A DNA stretch of 32,000 nucleotides from Dehalococcoidia bacterium (GCA_963665155.2 CAXXFI010000001.1:760558-792557); one strand, 5' to 3'; positions 7,136 to 16,134 are shown, numbered from the stretch's first letter. The notes: generated by a model not told the origin, from the letters alone. Numbers and translations: made by a program.

Positions 7136-8866
7136 ATGACCACAACAACTAAGTCAGAATTTAGCCCCGAATCGCCATGGTTAGAGGGTGTGGAAGGTGA
7201 TGCTGCGCTCCAACTAATAACCAGCTCGGCCCCGATAATGAGGGTCTTGGCAGGCCCAGGCACGGGAAAAACGTTTAGTCTGCAGCTTCGTGTCTCCAGA
7301 CTGATTCACGGTGAAGGTCAAGACGCCACGAAAATATTTGTCGGGACTTTCACAAGGGCGATCACTGCCGACTTGGCCAACGCGCTAGAGGAGCAAGTTG
7401 AGCAAGGCATAGAAGTCTCCACTATCCATTCTTTGGCCTACAAGCTGATTAGGCAACACCCAGCCGCTAGGCAAAACCGCCCACTAAGGTTTCTTCTGAA
7501 TGTTGAAACTGAACCTATGTTGTATGACATCGGCGTCACGCACTCCCAATTTGGTAATCAGAGAGAACGAGCGCAATTATTGCGGCAGTTAATCGCTGAT
7601 CTAGTAAAGCGGGACCTAATCGAGCATGAGTTTTCCGGGGAAGTAGATCGTTGGATCAGATTGCACGGAGCAATGCTAATAGACCAAGTTGTACCGTTAG
7701 TTACCGAGGCTTTAAAGAACAGTGACATTCCTGCAGGAGGATTTGACCATGTGATTATCGATGAATACCAAGACCTGACGGCTTGCGAGCAAGAATTGGT
7801 CGAACCTATCTGGTCGACCAACGGTTCACTCGTCGTCTTAGGAGACGACGACCAGTCCATTTATAGTTTTAGATATAACTACCCGGAGGGGATGAAAGAG
7901 TTTGCTACGAGGCATGAAGGGGATGGGCTGCTGAACATCGAGATTCCCGATAATCGCAGGTCTGGCAAAGGGATAGTAGACTTTGCGAACTCAGTTATCG
8001 CGGAGAGTGGCCCAACCAAGCCACCTCTGGTCCAAAGATTCCAGCATGACGGTGATGTGACTCGCCTTCATTGGGAGTCCGAGGGAGAGGAGATAGAAGG
8101 TCTGGCGAAAATGCTAAACTCGCGTAGCCAAGACCCATTTTTGGTGCTCGTTCCTCGGAGGTTCATCGGGACCCGGTTGCAAGAAAAGATAGGACCTGAT
8201 GCAAAAACATCATTTAACCAACAGCTACTGTCTCAGCCGTTGGCGAGTGAGAGATTTTCGTTGGCCTCGCTGATCGCAAACCCAAATGATCGAGTCTCGC
8301 TGCGATCATGGTTGGGTCTGAAGGGGTCCGAATCAGAACACGCACAAGATTGGAATTGTGAGGCATATGCTTCCATCATAGATCTCGATTTCTCCGGGTC
8401 CGATATTCTTAACGCTCTCAGCGATGGGTCTGTGAAAATATCTGGAACAGGTAAAGCAAATTTGCTTTCCAGAGCGAAGATGTTTACACAGATCCAGGCT
8501 CAGATGCCAGCAGATTTAGAAGAACAAGTTATGGTTTTGTTCGACCCGAATTTGGTCACGTCGTCCACAGATGATGAATCCTCCCGCTGGGTGAGGCACG
8601 ACCTTGAAACGCTCCAGACTCTCTCACTAAGGATGATTCGCTCTGTTTCAGCCGCAAACCTGAGTGCTATAGTAGATTCGCTACGTTACCGGATTGGGAC
8701 AAATCTTCCCATTGAAAATGAGGCCGACACCCGGGTGCGAATTATGACCCTTCACTCTGCCAAAGGCCTACAGTCGGATAATGTGATTATTGCAGGCGGG
8801 ATTGCCAAGGATGGGGCCAGCGAATGCCCTGCCGGTTTCGCGCCGCGAGTTTTGATTATCTTTTGA
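7136..8866 (+). CDS. UvrD/Rep-type superfamily 1 helicase; orphan, probably C-terminally truncated
   Basis: 576-aa ORF. Motifs: Walker A VLAGPGTGKTF, motif Ia GTFT, motif II VIIDEYQDLT, motif III VLGDDDQSIYSFR, motif VI IMTLHSAKGLQSDNVII. The ORF ends about 20 aa after motif VI, with no RLLYVA.TRA-type tail. G+C by hand on two lines is 29/60 and 25/60, against 39/60 in acs. The RBS is poor. Confidence 0.75.
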   Translation: MTTTTKSEFSPESPWLEGVEGDAALQLITSSAPIMRVLAGPGTGKTFSLQLRVSRLIHGEGQDATKIFVGTFTRAITADLANALEEQVEQGIEVSTIHSLAYKLIRQHPAARQNRPLRFLLNVETEPMLYDIGVTHSQFGNQRERAQLLRQLIADLVKRDLIEHEFSGEVDRWIRLHGAMLIDQVVPLVTEALKNSDIPAGGFDHVIIDEYQDLTACEQELVEPIWSTNGSLVVLGDDDQSIYSFRYNYPEGMKEFATRHEGDGLLNIEIPDNRRSGKGIVDFANSVIAESGPTKPPLVQRFQHDGDVTRLHWESEGEEIEGLAKMLNSRSQDPFLVLVPRRFIGTRLQEKIGPDAKTSFNQQLLSQPLASERFSLASLIANPNDRVSLRSWLGLKGSESEHAQDWNCEAYASIIDLDFSGSDILNALSDGSVKISGTGKANLLSRAKMFTQIQAQMPADLEEQVMVLFDPNLVTSSTDDESSRWVRHDLETLQTLSLRMIRSVSAANLSAIVDSLRYRIGTNLPIENEADTRVRIMTLHSAKGLQSDNVIIAGGIAKDGASECPAGFAPRVLIIF

Positions 8867-9757
8867 GCCATCCCCCGTTAAATTGTCCCTAAGATTCCCC
8901 GTTGAACCGAAACCCATGTCCGACAACTCAGTCGACTGGTCTTGGGTCAACGGTATCAGTTGGGATATATCAATTTGCGGTTGTTGGTAGCCGGGGTCCA
9001 GAGATTCACCGGAGTATGGAAGTACCGTTAACTGGGTCGTTCCGGCCAAGCTCAGATCTCCCCTTGGCATCATCCAGAAGGCCAACCCCGATAATATGAA
9101 AACGGCGCAGGATATCCCTATCCAGTAGGGCAACATGGCCGCCCGGCCCAGCCGGTGATGGGCCCAATGTACCTTGGCGCCCCGGATGCTGTCTTCCAGA
9201 AAACTCAGGGTGAGGAAAGCCAGCAGGACCACTATGAACCCCATAATAAAAATGCCGAAGTTGGTCTCGAACGCCTGCTGGCTTGCGAAAAACAAAGCGG
9301 TGCCGCTGAGGACTAACCCGGCGTAGATTCCACCGCGGGACTTGGAGTCAAAGCTGGCGAAGGCTTGCACCAGAATCAGGAATTGACCCAGTGGCAGCCA
9401 GTTTCCGGACAAAGCTTCCAACATCTGTGGCCGCATGAATAAAGATAACCCAACGACCAGAGTGGCAATGATCAGAGATTTGGCGATGGATTTTCGATAA
9501 CGCAACCGCCAACCTACCCAGTAGCCAAGGGTGCCTATTCCGGCCCCCAGTATGGGCAGTGTGAATCCTCCTCCAACCCAGACCAGGCTGGTGGCCGCCA
9601 GCCACAGGGCTGCAAGCACCAACACCCTTAACCTCAGGGAGTCTTCGATCCGTGGCGAGAAAAGGCGCTTTGGTGAAAGGATGGAAGGCGAGCTTCGGTT
9701 CGGGATTAGTGCGTCCACGGAGGTTTTATCCATAGGGTTGCTCTTCCCCACTGCCAA
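8768..9757 (-). CDS. Polytopic membrane protein resembling the N-terminal membrane domain of TgpA-type transglutaminase-like proteins; no catalytic domain (probably truncated)
   Basis: 329 aa with about 6 hydrophobic helices (e.g. VLVLAALWLAATSLVWVGGG, LIIATLVVGLSLF, GIFIMGFIVVLLAFLTLSF). It sits third in a MoxR-DUF58 operon. Its last 33 codons overlap the helicase 3' end. Confidence 0.45.
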   Translation of the reverse strand: MAVGKSNPMDKTSVDALIPNRSSPSILSPKRLFSPRIEDSLRLRVLVLAALWLAATSLVWVGGGFTLPILGAGIGTLGYWVGWRLRYRKSIAKSLIIATLVVGLSLFMRPQMLEALSGNWLPLGQFLILVQAFASFDSKSRGGIYAGLVLSGTALFFASQQAFETNFGIFIMGFIVVLLAFLTLSFLEDSIRGAKVHWAHHRLGRAAMLPYWIGISCAVFILSGLAFWMMPRGDLSLAGTTQLTVLPYSGESLDPGYQQPQIDISQLIPLTQDQSTELSDMGFGSTGNLRDNLTGDGSKDNQNSRRETGRAFAGPILGNPACNNHIIRL

Positions 9758-11213
9758 CTTGGCTCGTGGCGTAGGCGGTCCGCATTGGGGTGGCCTCAGG
9801 CGTTGTGAATGACCTGCTTCGCCCTTCGCCTCTACCGCTGCCTAGAGCATCCAAAGCTTGCTTGAGTTGTCCTGGTCGACAAGTAATTACCGGTATTTTA
9901 GCCGCCAACAGAGCCCTCAAGTCATCGGCGTGCATCTCCGGGCGCTCCTCATCTTTACCAAACCCTTCAAGGGACACCAATACCAGCGTTCGGAGCGAGG
10001 AAGATGCTTTGGCGAGGCTTTGCAACGCTGGACGGTCGGCGGCGGAAACTACCGCCACAGCGCTGGCGCCTAGGGGCAGTTTGGCGAGATTTTCCGCCAT
10101 TTCGTGCCCATCTCCAGGATTCACCATCGCCAATTGTTTGAGCAACTTGGGCCAAGGCATGGGAACACGGCTGGGAGCCCCACCGGCCCGGGTCGATTGT
10201 CCGTTACTCAATCCTCCACCCAGCACCTGCACCGGCAGTTGGCTTCTCTGGGCGAAATTCGCCACGCTGGCAACAAGCTTGATTGCGTACTCAAGGGTCG
10301 TTTCTCGGCCAGTACCCCAAACGCGGGTCGCGTCGAAGAGCAAAAAGGTTGTCCGGTCCAAGGGGTCTTCCAGTTCCTTGACCATAAGCTGACCGGTTTT
10401 CGCCGAGTTGCGTTGCGCCAATGGATGTTCCGGCGCGAGTCTCCTGGAGCATAGGGGCGGGTACCCAAGAGATCGATACCCGTTCGCGCTTTCTTTCCCT
10501 GGGACTCCATACCCGAAAAACCTTGGGCCATAGCCAGCCGCCGCATGGGTTGGACTTGGGGGTACACCAGCACCGGCTCAGTCCCGGTTAATTTGCGCCT
10601 TCGCCGGAAAAGGCCAAAGGGCGCAGTCGATTCAATCACAACGGGACCCAGGTGGTGCAGTCCCCTCTGGTAGGCATCGACGGTGATTTCCATTGTTTGA
10701 GGGCCGATTTGAGGGCCAGTTTGTGGGCCGGACAGCTTGCCCGAAGTTTGGCCCAAAGGTTGGCCCGAAGATTTGCTGGAAGCCTGACCGTTCCCGAACA
10801 CGTTGGATACGAAAAATCGGTGCAACCGGTTCCGGAGGGGCAACGGTGCAATCATAGTAAACGTTGAGGAGATAGCTGGGCCAGAATGCTCTGCTGCCCA
10901 AGCTCAAGGTAATCCGCACGGGATCACCTTCCGTGGGACTGGCGGATGGCACGACAGAGTCCCTTGGTCTCGAAGACGCCCCTTGGGCTGGGAAACCAAC
11001 AGGCCCATGTGCTACCGGGTTGGAATTGGGCGCTTGGATACTTCGTTGGGCCGTGACAAAGGCGACGCCCAACCATGGGAAAATGGCGGAGAGGACGATA
11101 ATGCCCCAGAGCACGGCATCCACTAGGTAGAGCCAACCCACTTGCGTCAACCGTCCCAGCAAGAGCAACGCAATGGCGGCAACTAGAAACCCGATTCCCT
11201 TGCCGGTGATCAT
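9726..11213 (-). pseudogene. DUF58 (vWA-like, MoxR partner) gene split by two frameshifts
   Basis: Three consecutive minus-strand ORFs carry successive parts of one DUF58 protein. 10632-11213 holds the N-terminal TM helices. 10208-10855 holds ...TAPFGLFRRRRKL...GTRPYAPGDSRRNIHWRN. 9726-10421 holds SAKTGQLMVKELEDPLDRTTFLLFDATRVWG.... The second break is a GCAAC GCAAC tandem duplication (plus strand gttgcgttgc, 10407-10416). Confidence 0.8.
10694..10777. repeat. Degenerate 12-bp tandem repeat (7 units) inside the DUF58 gene
   Basis: Plus-strand units end in gcc: tgtttgagggcc gatttgagggcc agtttgtgggcc ggacagcttgcc cgaagtttggcc caaaggttggcc cgaagatttgct. On the coding strand they give GQPL GQTS GKLS GPQT GPQI GPQT. 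Confidence 0.7.
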
Positions 11214-11277
11214 GCGGTTCGTAGCGTCTGCTTGGAGAGGTGCCTAGATCCACAAGGCCTTCCAGTGATTAGGAATA

Positions 11278-12249
11278 TCACAGCGGTACCGGAACGGAAT
11301 TGGGCAGTCCGGCTATTGCTTGGCGGCCGGAGGCTGTGTCGTGGTCCACACCCACAAGGATTCGGTGGGACCAAACGTACGGCGCCAGGTCCTGTACGTC
11401 TTCGGGAACCACAAAGGTGCGGCCATCGAAGGCTGCCCAAGCTTGACACGCTTTTTGCAGTACCGTGGAACCCCTGGGACTGACGCCCACCGAAATGTCT
11501 CCGCCCTGGCGAGTAGCGGCGGCCAGGTTCACTATGTACTCCTGCACGGGAGCCGATAATTGGACGTTGGAGACTGTCCGTTGCATTTCCGCAACATCGG
11601 CTTGGCTAAGCAGTGGCCTGACTTCGATGGGACCTCCTTCGGAGCGTCGCAGGATTTCCAGTTCATGCTCCGGCGTGGGTAGGCCCAACTCCAAAGAGAT
11701 CATAAACCGGTCCAGTTGAGAGTTGGGCAAAGGGAATGTGCCGTAGGTTTCGATCAGGTTTTGAGTCGCAATCAGGAGAAATGGCCGGGGTAGCTGCCAT
11801 GTCTCGCCATCGGAAGTGATAGCCCCTTCGGCCATTGCTTCCAGAAGGGCTGATTGAGTGCGGGGACCCGTGCGGTTTAACTCGTCGGCGATGACTACGT
11901 TGGCGAAAATTGGGCCTGGTACGAAAGTGAATGATTGGCTGGCCGAGTTGTATATAGAAGACCCGGTGATATCACCGGGCAACAGGTCGGGAGTGAATTG
12001 AATGCGGGAAAACCGTCCGTCGATGGAACTGGCAATGGTTTTAGCCAGAAGGGTTTTCCCTACCCCGGGCAAGTCTTCCAGTAGCAGGTGCCCTTGGGCA
12101 AAAAGCCCCAACAGCGCCAATCGGACTTTATGCGGAGAGGTGACGACAACGTCCCGGATTTGCTCTGAGAGTTCAACGAATTTTTCTTGGAATGTGGCGG
12201 GAGCGTCGAAAATCGGGTTGTATGATTCGTAATTTACCGCGAGCTTCAT
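11278..12249 (-). CDS. MoxR-family AAA+ ATPase
   Basis: 323 aa. Motifs: Walker A LLEDLPGVGKTLLAKTIA, Walker B/sensor VIADELNRTGPRTQSALLEAMAEG, and IATQNLIE..GTFPLP..QLDRF. Confidence 0.9.
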   Translation of the reverse strand: MKLAVNYESYNPIFDAPATFQEKFVELSEQIRDVVVTSPHKVRLALLGLFAQGHLLLEDLPGVGKTLLAKTIASSIDGRFSRIQFTPDLLPGDITGSSIYNSASQSFTFVPGPIFANVVIADELNRTGPRTQSALLEAMAEGAITSDGETWQLPRPFLLIATQNLIETYGTFPLPNSQLDRFMISLELGLPTPEHELEILRRSEGGPIEVRPLLSQADVAEMQRTVSNVQLSAPVQEYIVNLAAATRQGGDISVGVSPRGSTVLQKACQAWAAFDGRTFVVPEDVQDLAPYVWSHRILVGVDHDTASGRQAIAGLPNSVPVPL

Positions 12250-12980
12250 ACTTTTCAGTCCTTGTCACGCGTCATATATTGCCGGGTTTATCGTGTGCCT
12301 TCACTGACTGGTGCCTGCACTGTTTGGTGCCTGTAGTGCCTGGAGATTGCTTCTTGGTCTCTCGCAGGGTTTTGGTTGTCTTAAATCAAAAAATAGCCGT
12401 GTTCTAAAAGTAATGCTGGCTAAAAAGCCGTCTCAAGACTACTGGAGAACGACTCGATCGGTTTCATGTCCTAGGTTTGATGCGCGCTAACCCCGGTTGC
12501 GCTTCCGGGCAAAATGTGACCCCGAAAAAAAGAAAGATCTGTTCATAAGAAAAACAGATTTCGGTCTGATGGGAAGTTTTCGCTAGGATGAACTCACAGG
12601 GTCCTGTCTTCCCTCGAATTCCAATGCGTAGGGAAACTCAACTGGCGAGGGTTGCGTGGCGTCTGGGCTTGATCAATTTGCATTGGAACAAAGGCATCGG
12701 AACAAAAAAAGCCCGCTGTTAGCTTTGTCGAGGCGCAAAAGTCCGGGATTAGTTGAAATATTTGTGACCGGGACGGGCCCTGCAGTCTGTCCCTTTGGCT
12801 TGCTACATCTTGAATGCTAATTCAAAAGCGCAGCCACATGGAGGGTGTTGGCTCGGATGTGGATTAGGGGAGACACCTTGTAGGATAGGGCAAACTCTGG
12901 GGCAGCCGACCAATTGGATCGGAAAATAGTCTAGTTGCCCTAGGCGATCTAGGTTTACCCTGGGCGATTAGTAGGGCGAA

Positions 12981-14582
12981 CTACCAGCCAACAGCGCAGC
13001 CGTCCTTGCGCGGTTCGGACGCTCCACGCAACACCCCGGTGTCCGGGTCCCGCTGAATCATCTGGGCCCCGCCGAATCCCCCGGTAATTCCCCGACCATA
13101 TCCGCTCATGACCGCTGTGCGGTGGCCTCGGCGCCCCATCTCGGTCACCACTTCGGGGGAGATGCCTTCTTCGAAAGAGACTGTGTCGGAGGCGATCATG
13201 AATCTCAGCGCATTTAGCGCTTTTTGGGGGTCCATTCCGAAATCCACGACGTTGCTAATCATCTGAAGGTGTCCTTGCGGCTGCATGAAGGCGCCCATCA
13301 CGCCATAGCACAATTGCAACTCACCATCCAACGTGGTCATGCCGGGGATTATCGTGTGGTAAGGCCTCTTGTTGGGAGCTAGTGCGTTGGGGTGGTCTTG
13401 GTCTAGGGAGAATAGCGAGCCCCGGTTGTGCAGGACGATACCGGTACCTGGTACCACCATCCCGGTGCCAAAGTTGGCGTAGACGCTGTAAATGAACGAG
13501 CAAGCGTTGCCTTGCCCGTCAACAACGGCGATGTATACGGTGTCGCCGCCGCTCTGAACCTGACCGTAAGGCACCGTAGTCATGGCACGGCTGGGGTCGA
13601 TCAAGGAGCGGCGCTTTGCGGCGTACTCTTTGGAATTCAATTCACTTGTTGGTACTCGAACCTGGGAAGGATCGGCAATGTATTGAAAGGCGTCGGCGAA
13701 GGCCAACCGCATGGACTCTACCAGATGGTGGTATGTGTCGGCGCTCTGGGCGCTCATGGCCGGAATGTCGAACCCTTCGGCGATGTTCAGGGCTTCCAAT
13801 GCGGCGAGACCATGGTCGCTGGGCGGCAATTCCCAGCAGGTAACGCCCCGGTAGGTAGTACTGATGGGTTCCTCCCAGTCGGAGGTGTGCCCGGCCATGT
13901 CTTCCGCTGAGAGCCACCCGCCCTGTTCTTGGACGAAAGCGGCGATTTTGGGCCCGAGTTCTCCCTTGTAAAAGGCATCAGCACCACCTTCCGCTATGGC
14001 CCGGAGCGTCCGGCCCAGCGTCGGAATGCGCATCACCTCACCCTGCTTGGGCGGCCTTCCGTTGAGGAGCAACTCTTCTCCCGAGGGGAGTTGCATCAGC
14101 TTTTTTTCCTCGGTCGACCACTGAAAGGAAATCACGTCGGAGACCGGATATCCCTCTTCAGCGTACTGGATCGCTGGCTGCAACACCTGTGATAGGGGCA
14201 TGGTTCCGTGGGCCTTGATCAGCGTTTCCCAACCGTGGACGGCGCCAGGAACGGTTATGGAATGAGCGCCGAAAGCGGGCATTGCGCGGATACCCTGGGC
14301 AGTTAACTCTTGTAGAGACGAGGCGGCAGCGGACCGTCCGCTGCCGTTTATGGCCCGCACCTTTTTTTCATTGTTGTTCCAGACCAAGGCGAACATGTCG
14401 CCGCCCACTCCTGTGGACACGGGCTCGACCACGTTCAGCACGGCGGCCGTCGCGACTGCGGCGTCGACGGCATTTCCTCCATCAATCAGGGTTCTCAGTC
14501 CGGCCATAGCCGCCAGGGGCTGGCTGGTGGCCACCATGCCATTTTTCGCCAAGATTGTGGAGCGCCGCGAATCGAAAAACAT
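12981..14582 (-). CDS. ggt: Gamma-glutamyltransferase family protein
   Basis: Start is probably ATG 14582 (MFFDSRRSTILAKNGMVATSQPLAA...); the ORF is open to 14633. Motifs: GGNAVDAAVA..AVL.VVEP.S.G.GGD and the nucleophile region GGDTVYIAVVDGQGNACSFIYSVY..FGTG. Confidence 0.88.
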   Translation of the reverse strand: MFFDSRRSTILAKNGMVATSQPLAAMAGLRTLIDGGNAVDAAVATAAVLNVVEPVSTGVGGDMFALVWNNNEKKVRAINGSGRSAAASSLQELTAQGIRAMPAFGAHSITVPGAVHGWETLIKAHGTMPLSQVLQPAIQYAEEGYPVSDVISFQWSTEEKKLMQLPSGEELLLNGRPPKQGEVMRIPTLGRTLRAIAEGGADAFYKGELGPKIAAFVQEQGGWLSAEDMAGHTSDWEEPISTTYRGVTCWELPPSDHGLAALEALNIAEGFDIPAMSAQSADTYHHLVESMRLAFADAFQYIADPSQVRVPTSELNSKEYAAKRRSLIDPSRAMTTVPYGQVQSGGDTVYIAVVDGQGNACSFIYSVYANFGTGMVVPGTGIVLHNRGSLFSLDQDHPNALAPNKRPYHTIIPGMTTLDGELQLCYGVMGAFMQPQGHLQMISNVVDFGMDPQKALNALRFMIASDTVSFEEGISPEVVTEMGRRGHRTAVMSGYGRGITGGFGGAQMIQRDPDTGVLRGASEPRKDGCAVGW

Positions 14583-14781
14583 GCCTTGATTACTCCGGAA
14601 ATTTAATTGCCGACGACTGGGCAATTCTAACATAGACGCAATTTGGACGCACCGTCTTGACCGGCGGCTTTAGCTTCTATCTACTATGATAAGATATGCT
14701 CGGCTCGTGACTACGAGCGCCATATTCCTATTCCGGCCTTCGGCCTTGGGCTGAGTGCCGTTAACATTCGGAGGTTATGCA

Positions 14782-15255
14782 ATGGCGGTAGAAGTTGGTC
14801 AGGCGGCACCCGAATTTTCTATGTACGACACAGACCGCACCAAGAGGTTGTTGGGCGAATATAAAGGCAAAAACGTAGTGCTGGCATTCGTGCCCGGCGC
14901 GTTCACTGGGGCCTGCACCACCGAGATGTGTAGTTTCCGGGACCAGATTGAGCAGTTCAACTCCCTGAACGCCGAGGTGTTGGGAATTAGCGTGGACCCG
15001 CCTTTTTCCCAGAAAGCTTGGGCCGAAGCAAATAACCTGAATTTCACCCTCTTGAGTGACTTTAATCGTGAAGCGACCCAGGCCTATGACGTTGCTTTGC
15101 CCAATCTGGCTGGCCTGGAAGGCTATGTCGCCTCTAACCGAGCGGTATTCGTGGTCGACAAAGACGGCGTGGTGCAATACAAGTGGCTCGCCCCTACCCC
15201 GGCCGACCTTCCCGACTACGACGTGATCAGGCAGGCCATTAGTAAACTGGGATAG
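14782..15255 (+). CDS. Peroxiredoxin (AhpE-like, AhpC/TSA family)
   Basis: ATG 14782 lies 7 nt after ggagg; the ORF track starts at GTG 14755. Motifs: VGQAAPEF, VVLAFVPGAFTGACTTEMC, LGISVDPPFSQKAW and LLSDF. Confidence 0.88.
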   Translation: MAVEVGQAAPEFSMYDTDRTKRLLGEYKGKNVVLAFVPGAFTGACTTEMCSFRDQIEQFNSLNAEVLGISVDPPFSQKAWAEANNLNFTLLSDFNREATQAYDVALPNLAGLEGYVASNRAVFVVDKDGVVQYKWLAPTPADLPDYDVIRQAISKLG

Positions 15256-15305
15256 TTTTTCCGGGTTAAACCTTTTCCCGGCACTGGATTATCCTTAGGC
15301 CATCT

Positions 15306-15352
15306 GAGAAGCGCAGAGTCCAGGCGACAAAAAACCGGTTCTCTGCGTTCTC
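15306..15352. repeat. GCAGAG-type inverted repeat, copy 1
   Basis: gagaagcgcagag (15306-15318) pairs with ctctgcgttctc (15341-15352) across a 22-nt loop. The same GCAGAG/CTCTGC modules occur at 16135-16157 and 17141-17210. Confidence 0.65.
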
Positions 15353-15385
15353 GTAGAAACTTGTGACTTATTAGGAGGGCGCGTT

Positions 15386-16126
15386 GTGACGGTGTTCGTC
15401 CTGGTTCACGGAGCTTGGCACGGCGGATGGTGTTGGCGTAAAGTTGCGCCGCTGCTTCGCCAGGCTGGCGCCGACGTGTTTACCCCCACGCTCTCCGGCT
15501 TGGGCGAGCGAGCCCACCTTTCCGACCACTTGGACCCAGCCGACATCAACCTGGACTTGCACCAAAAAGATATTGTAGGTCTATTGGAGTCGGAAGACCT
15601 GACCGATGTGATTCTGGTGGGACATGCCTACGCTGGCATGGTCATATCCGGGGTGGCCGAAGCCTGCCCGGAACGGTTGAAGCATCTGGTCTACGTGAAT
15701 GGCGTGGTCCCGGCAGACGGCGAGTCCATGGCTGACCAGCTACTCGCCGTGCGGGGACCCCAATTCGCTGCTTGGGTCAGGGAGCAGATCGACACCGGCG
15801 ACGGTTTTCTGCCTCCTCCGGCCTCGGCCGAGGAAGTTGGCCGCCGGTGGGGAATCACCGACGCCGCCGACCTAGCCTGGGTCGGCTCCAAAGTGACACC
15901 CCAACCAGCGGCGGCCATGGCGCAAGCGGTGCGGTTGGAACGGGCCGAGGCTAAAACAATCCCCCGCAGCTTCGTGGGAAGCAGCGAGGCGGGCTTCGAT
16001 TCGGTGGCCAAACGGGTAGAGGCTGCCGGATGGCTGATTTACCACATCGATTCCGGCCATGATCCAATGGTGACCAATCCCGAAGACCTAGCAGGCATTT
16101 TGCTGAACATTGGCGGGGAGCAGTGA
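15386..16126 (+). CDS. Alpha/beta hydrolase fold protein (SABP2/methylesterase-like) with Ala at the nucleophile position
   Basis: GTG start lies 7 nt after aggagg. N-terminus is VFVLVHGAWHGGWCWRKV. The nucleophile elbow reads VGHAYAG (15619-15636) instead of G-H-S-x-G-G. A C-terminal SGHDPM His motif is present. Confidence 0.7.
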   Translation: MTVFVLVHGAWHGGWCWRKVAPLLRQAGADVFTPTLSGLGERAHLSDHLDPADINLDLHQKDIVGLLESEDLTDVILVGHAYAGMVISGVAEACPERLKHLVYVNGVVPADGESMADQLLAVRGPQFAAWVREQIDTGDGFLPPPASAEEVGRRWGITDAADLAWVGSKVTPQPAAAMAQAVRLERAEAKTIPRSFVGSSEAGFDSVAKRVEAAGWLIYHIDSGHDPMVTNPEDLAGILLNIGGEQ

Positions 16127-16134
16127 CTCGGCTG

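Noticed and set aside
7136-8866. UvrD-like helicase as part of a Gabija-like or other two-gene defence system.
   Set aside because: No OLD/TOPRIM nuclease or other partner ORF is adjacent. Upstream is the acs remnant and Uma2 cassette, and downstream is the convergent membrane-protein gene. Only an orphan, apparently truncated helicase can be supported.
9790-10392. Long antisense ORFs: 9790-10392 (+), 4640-5134 (-), 20967-21521 (-), 22221-22796 (-), 26710-27324 (+), 30447-30962 (-), 13428-13910 (+).
   Set aside because: Each lies entirely opposite a well-supported family-assignable gene, and each has a low-complexity Arg/Pro/Gly/Ser-rich translation with no RBS. These are typical shadow ORFs of GC-rich DNA.
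12192-12407. 71-aa plus-strand ORF overlapping the moxR start.
   Set aside because: It overlaps the moxR 5' end on the opposite strand, is Cys/Leu/Val-rich, and has no RBS or family resemblance. It is probably spurious.
12735-12755. gcgcaaaagtccgggatt resembles the RNase P RNA P4 motif GAGGAAAGUCCGGGC.
   Set aside because: Only about 10 nt match. The other conserved RNase P blocks (for example ACAGAA...GGCUUA, GGUAAGAGC) are not found nearby on either strand.
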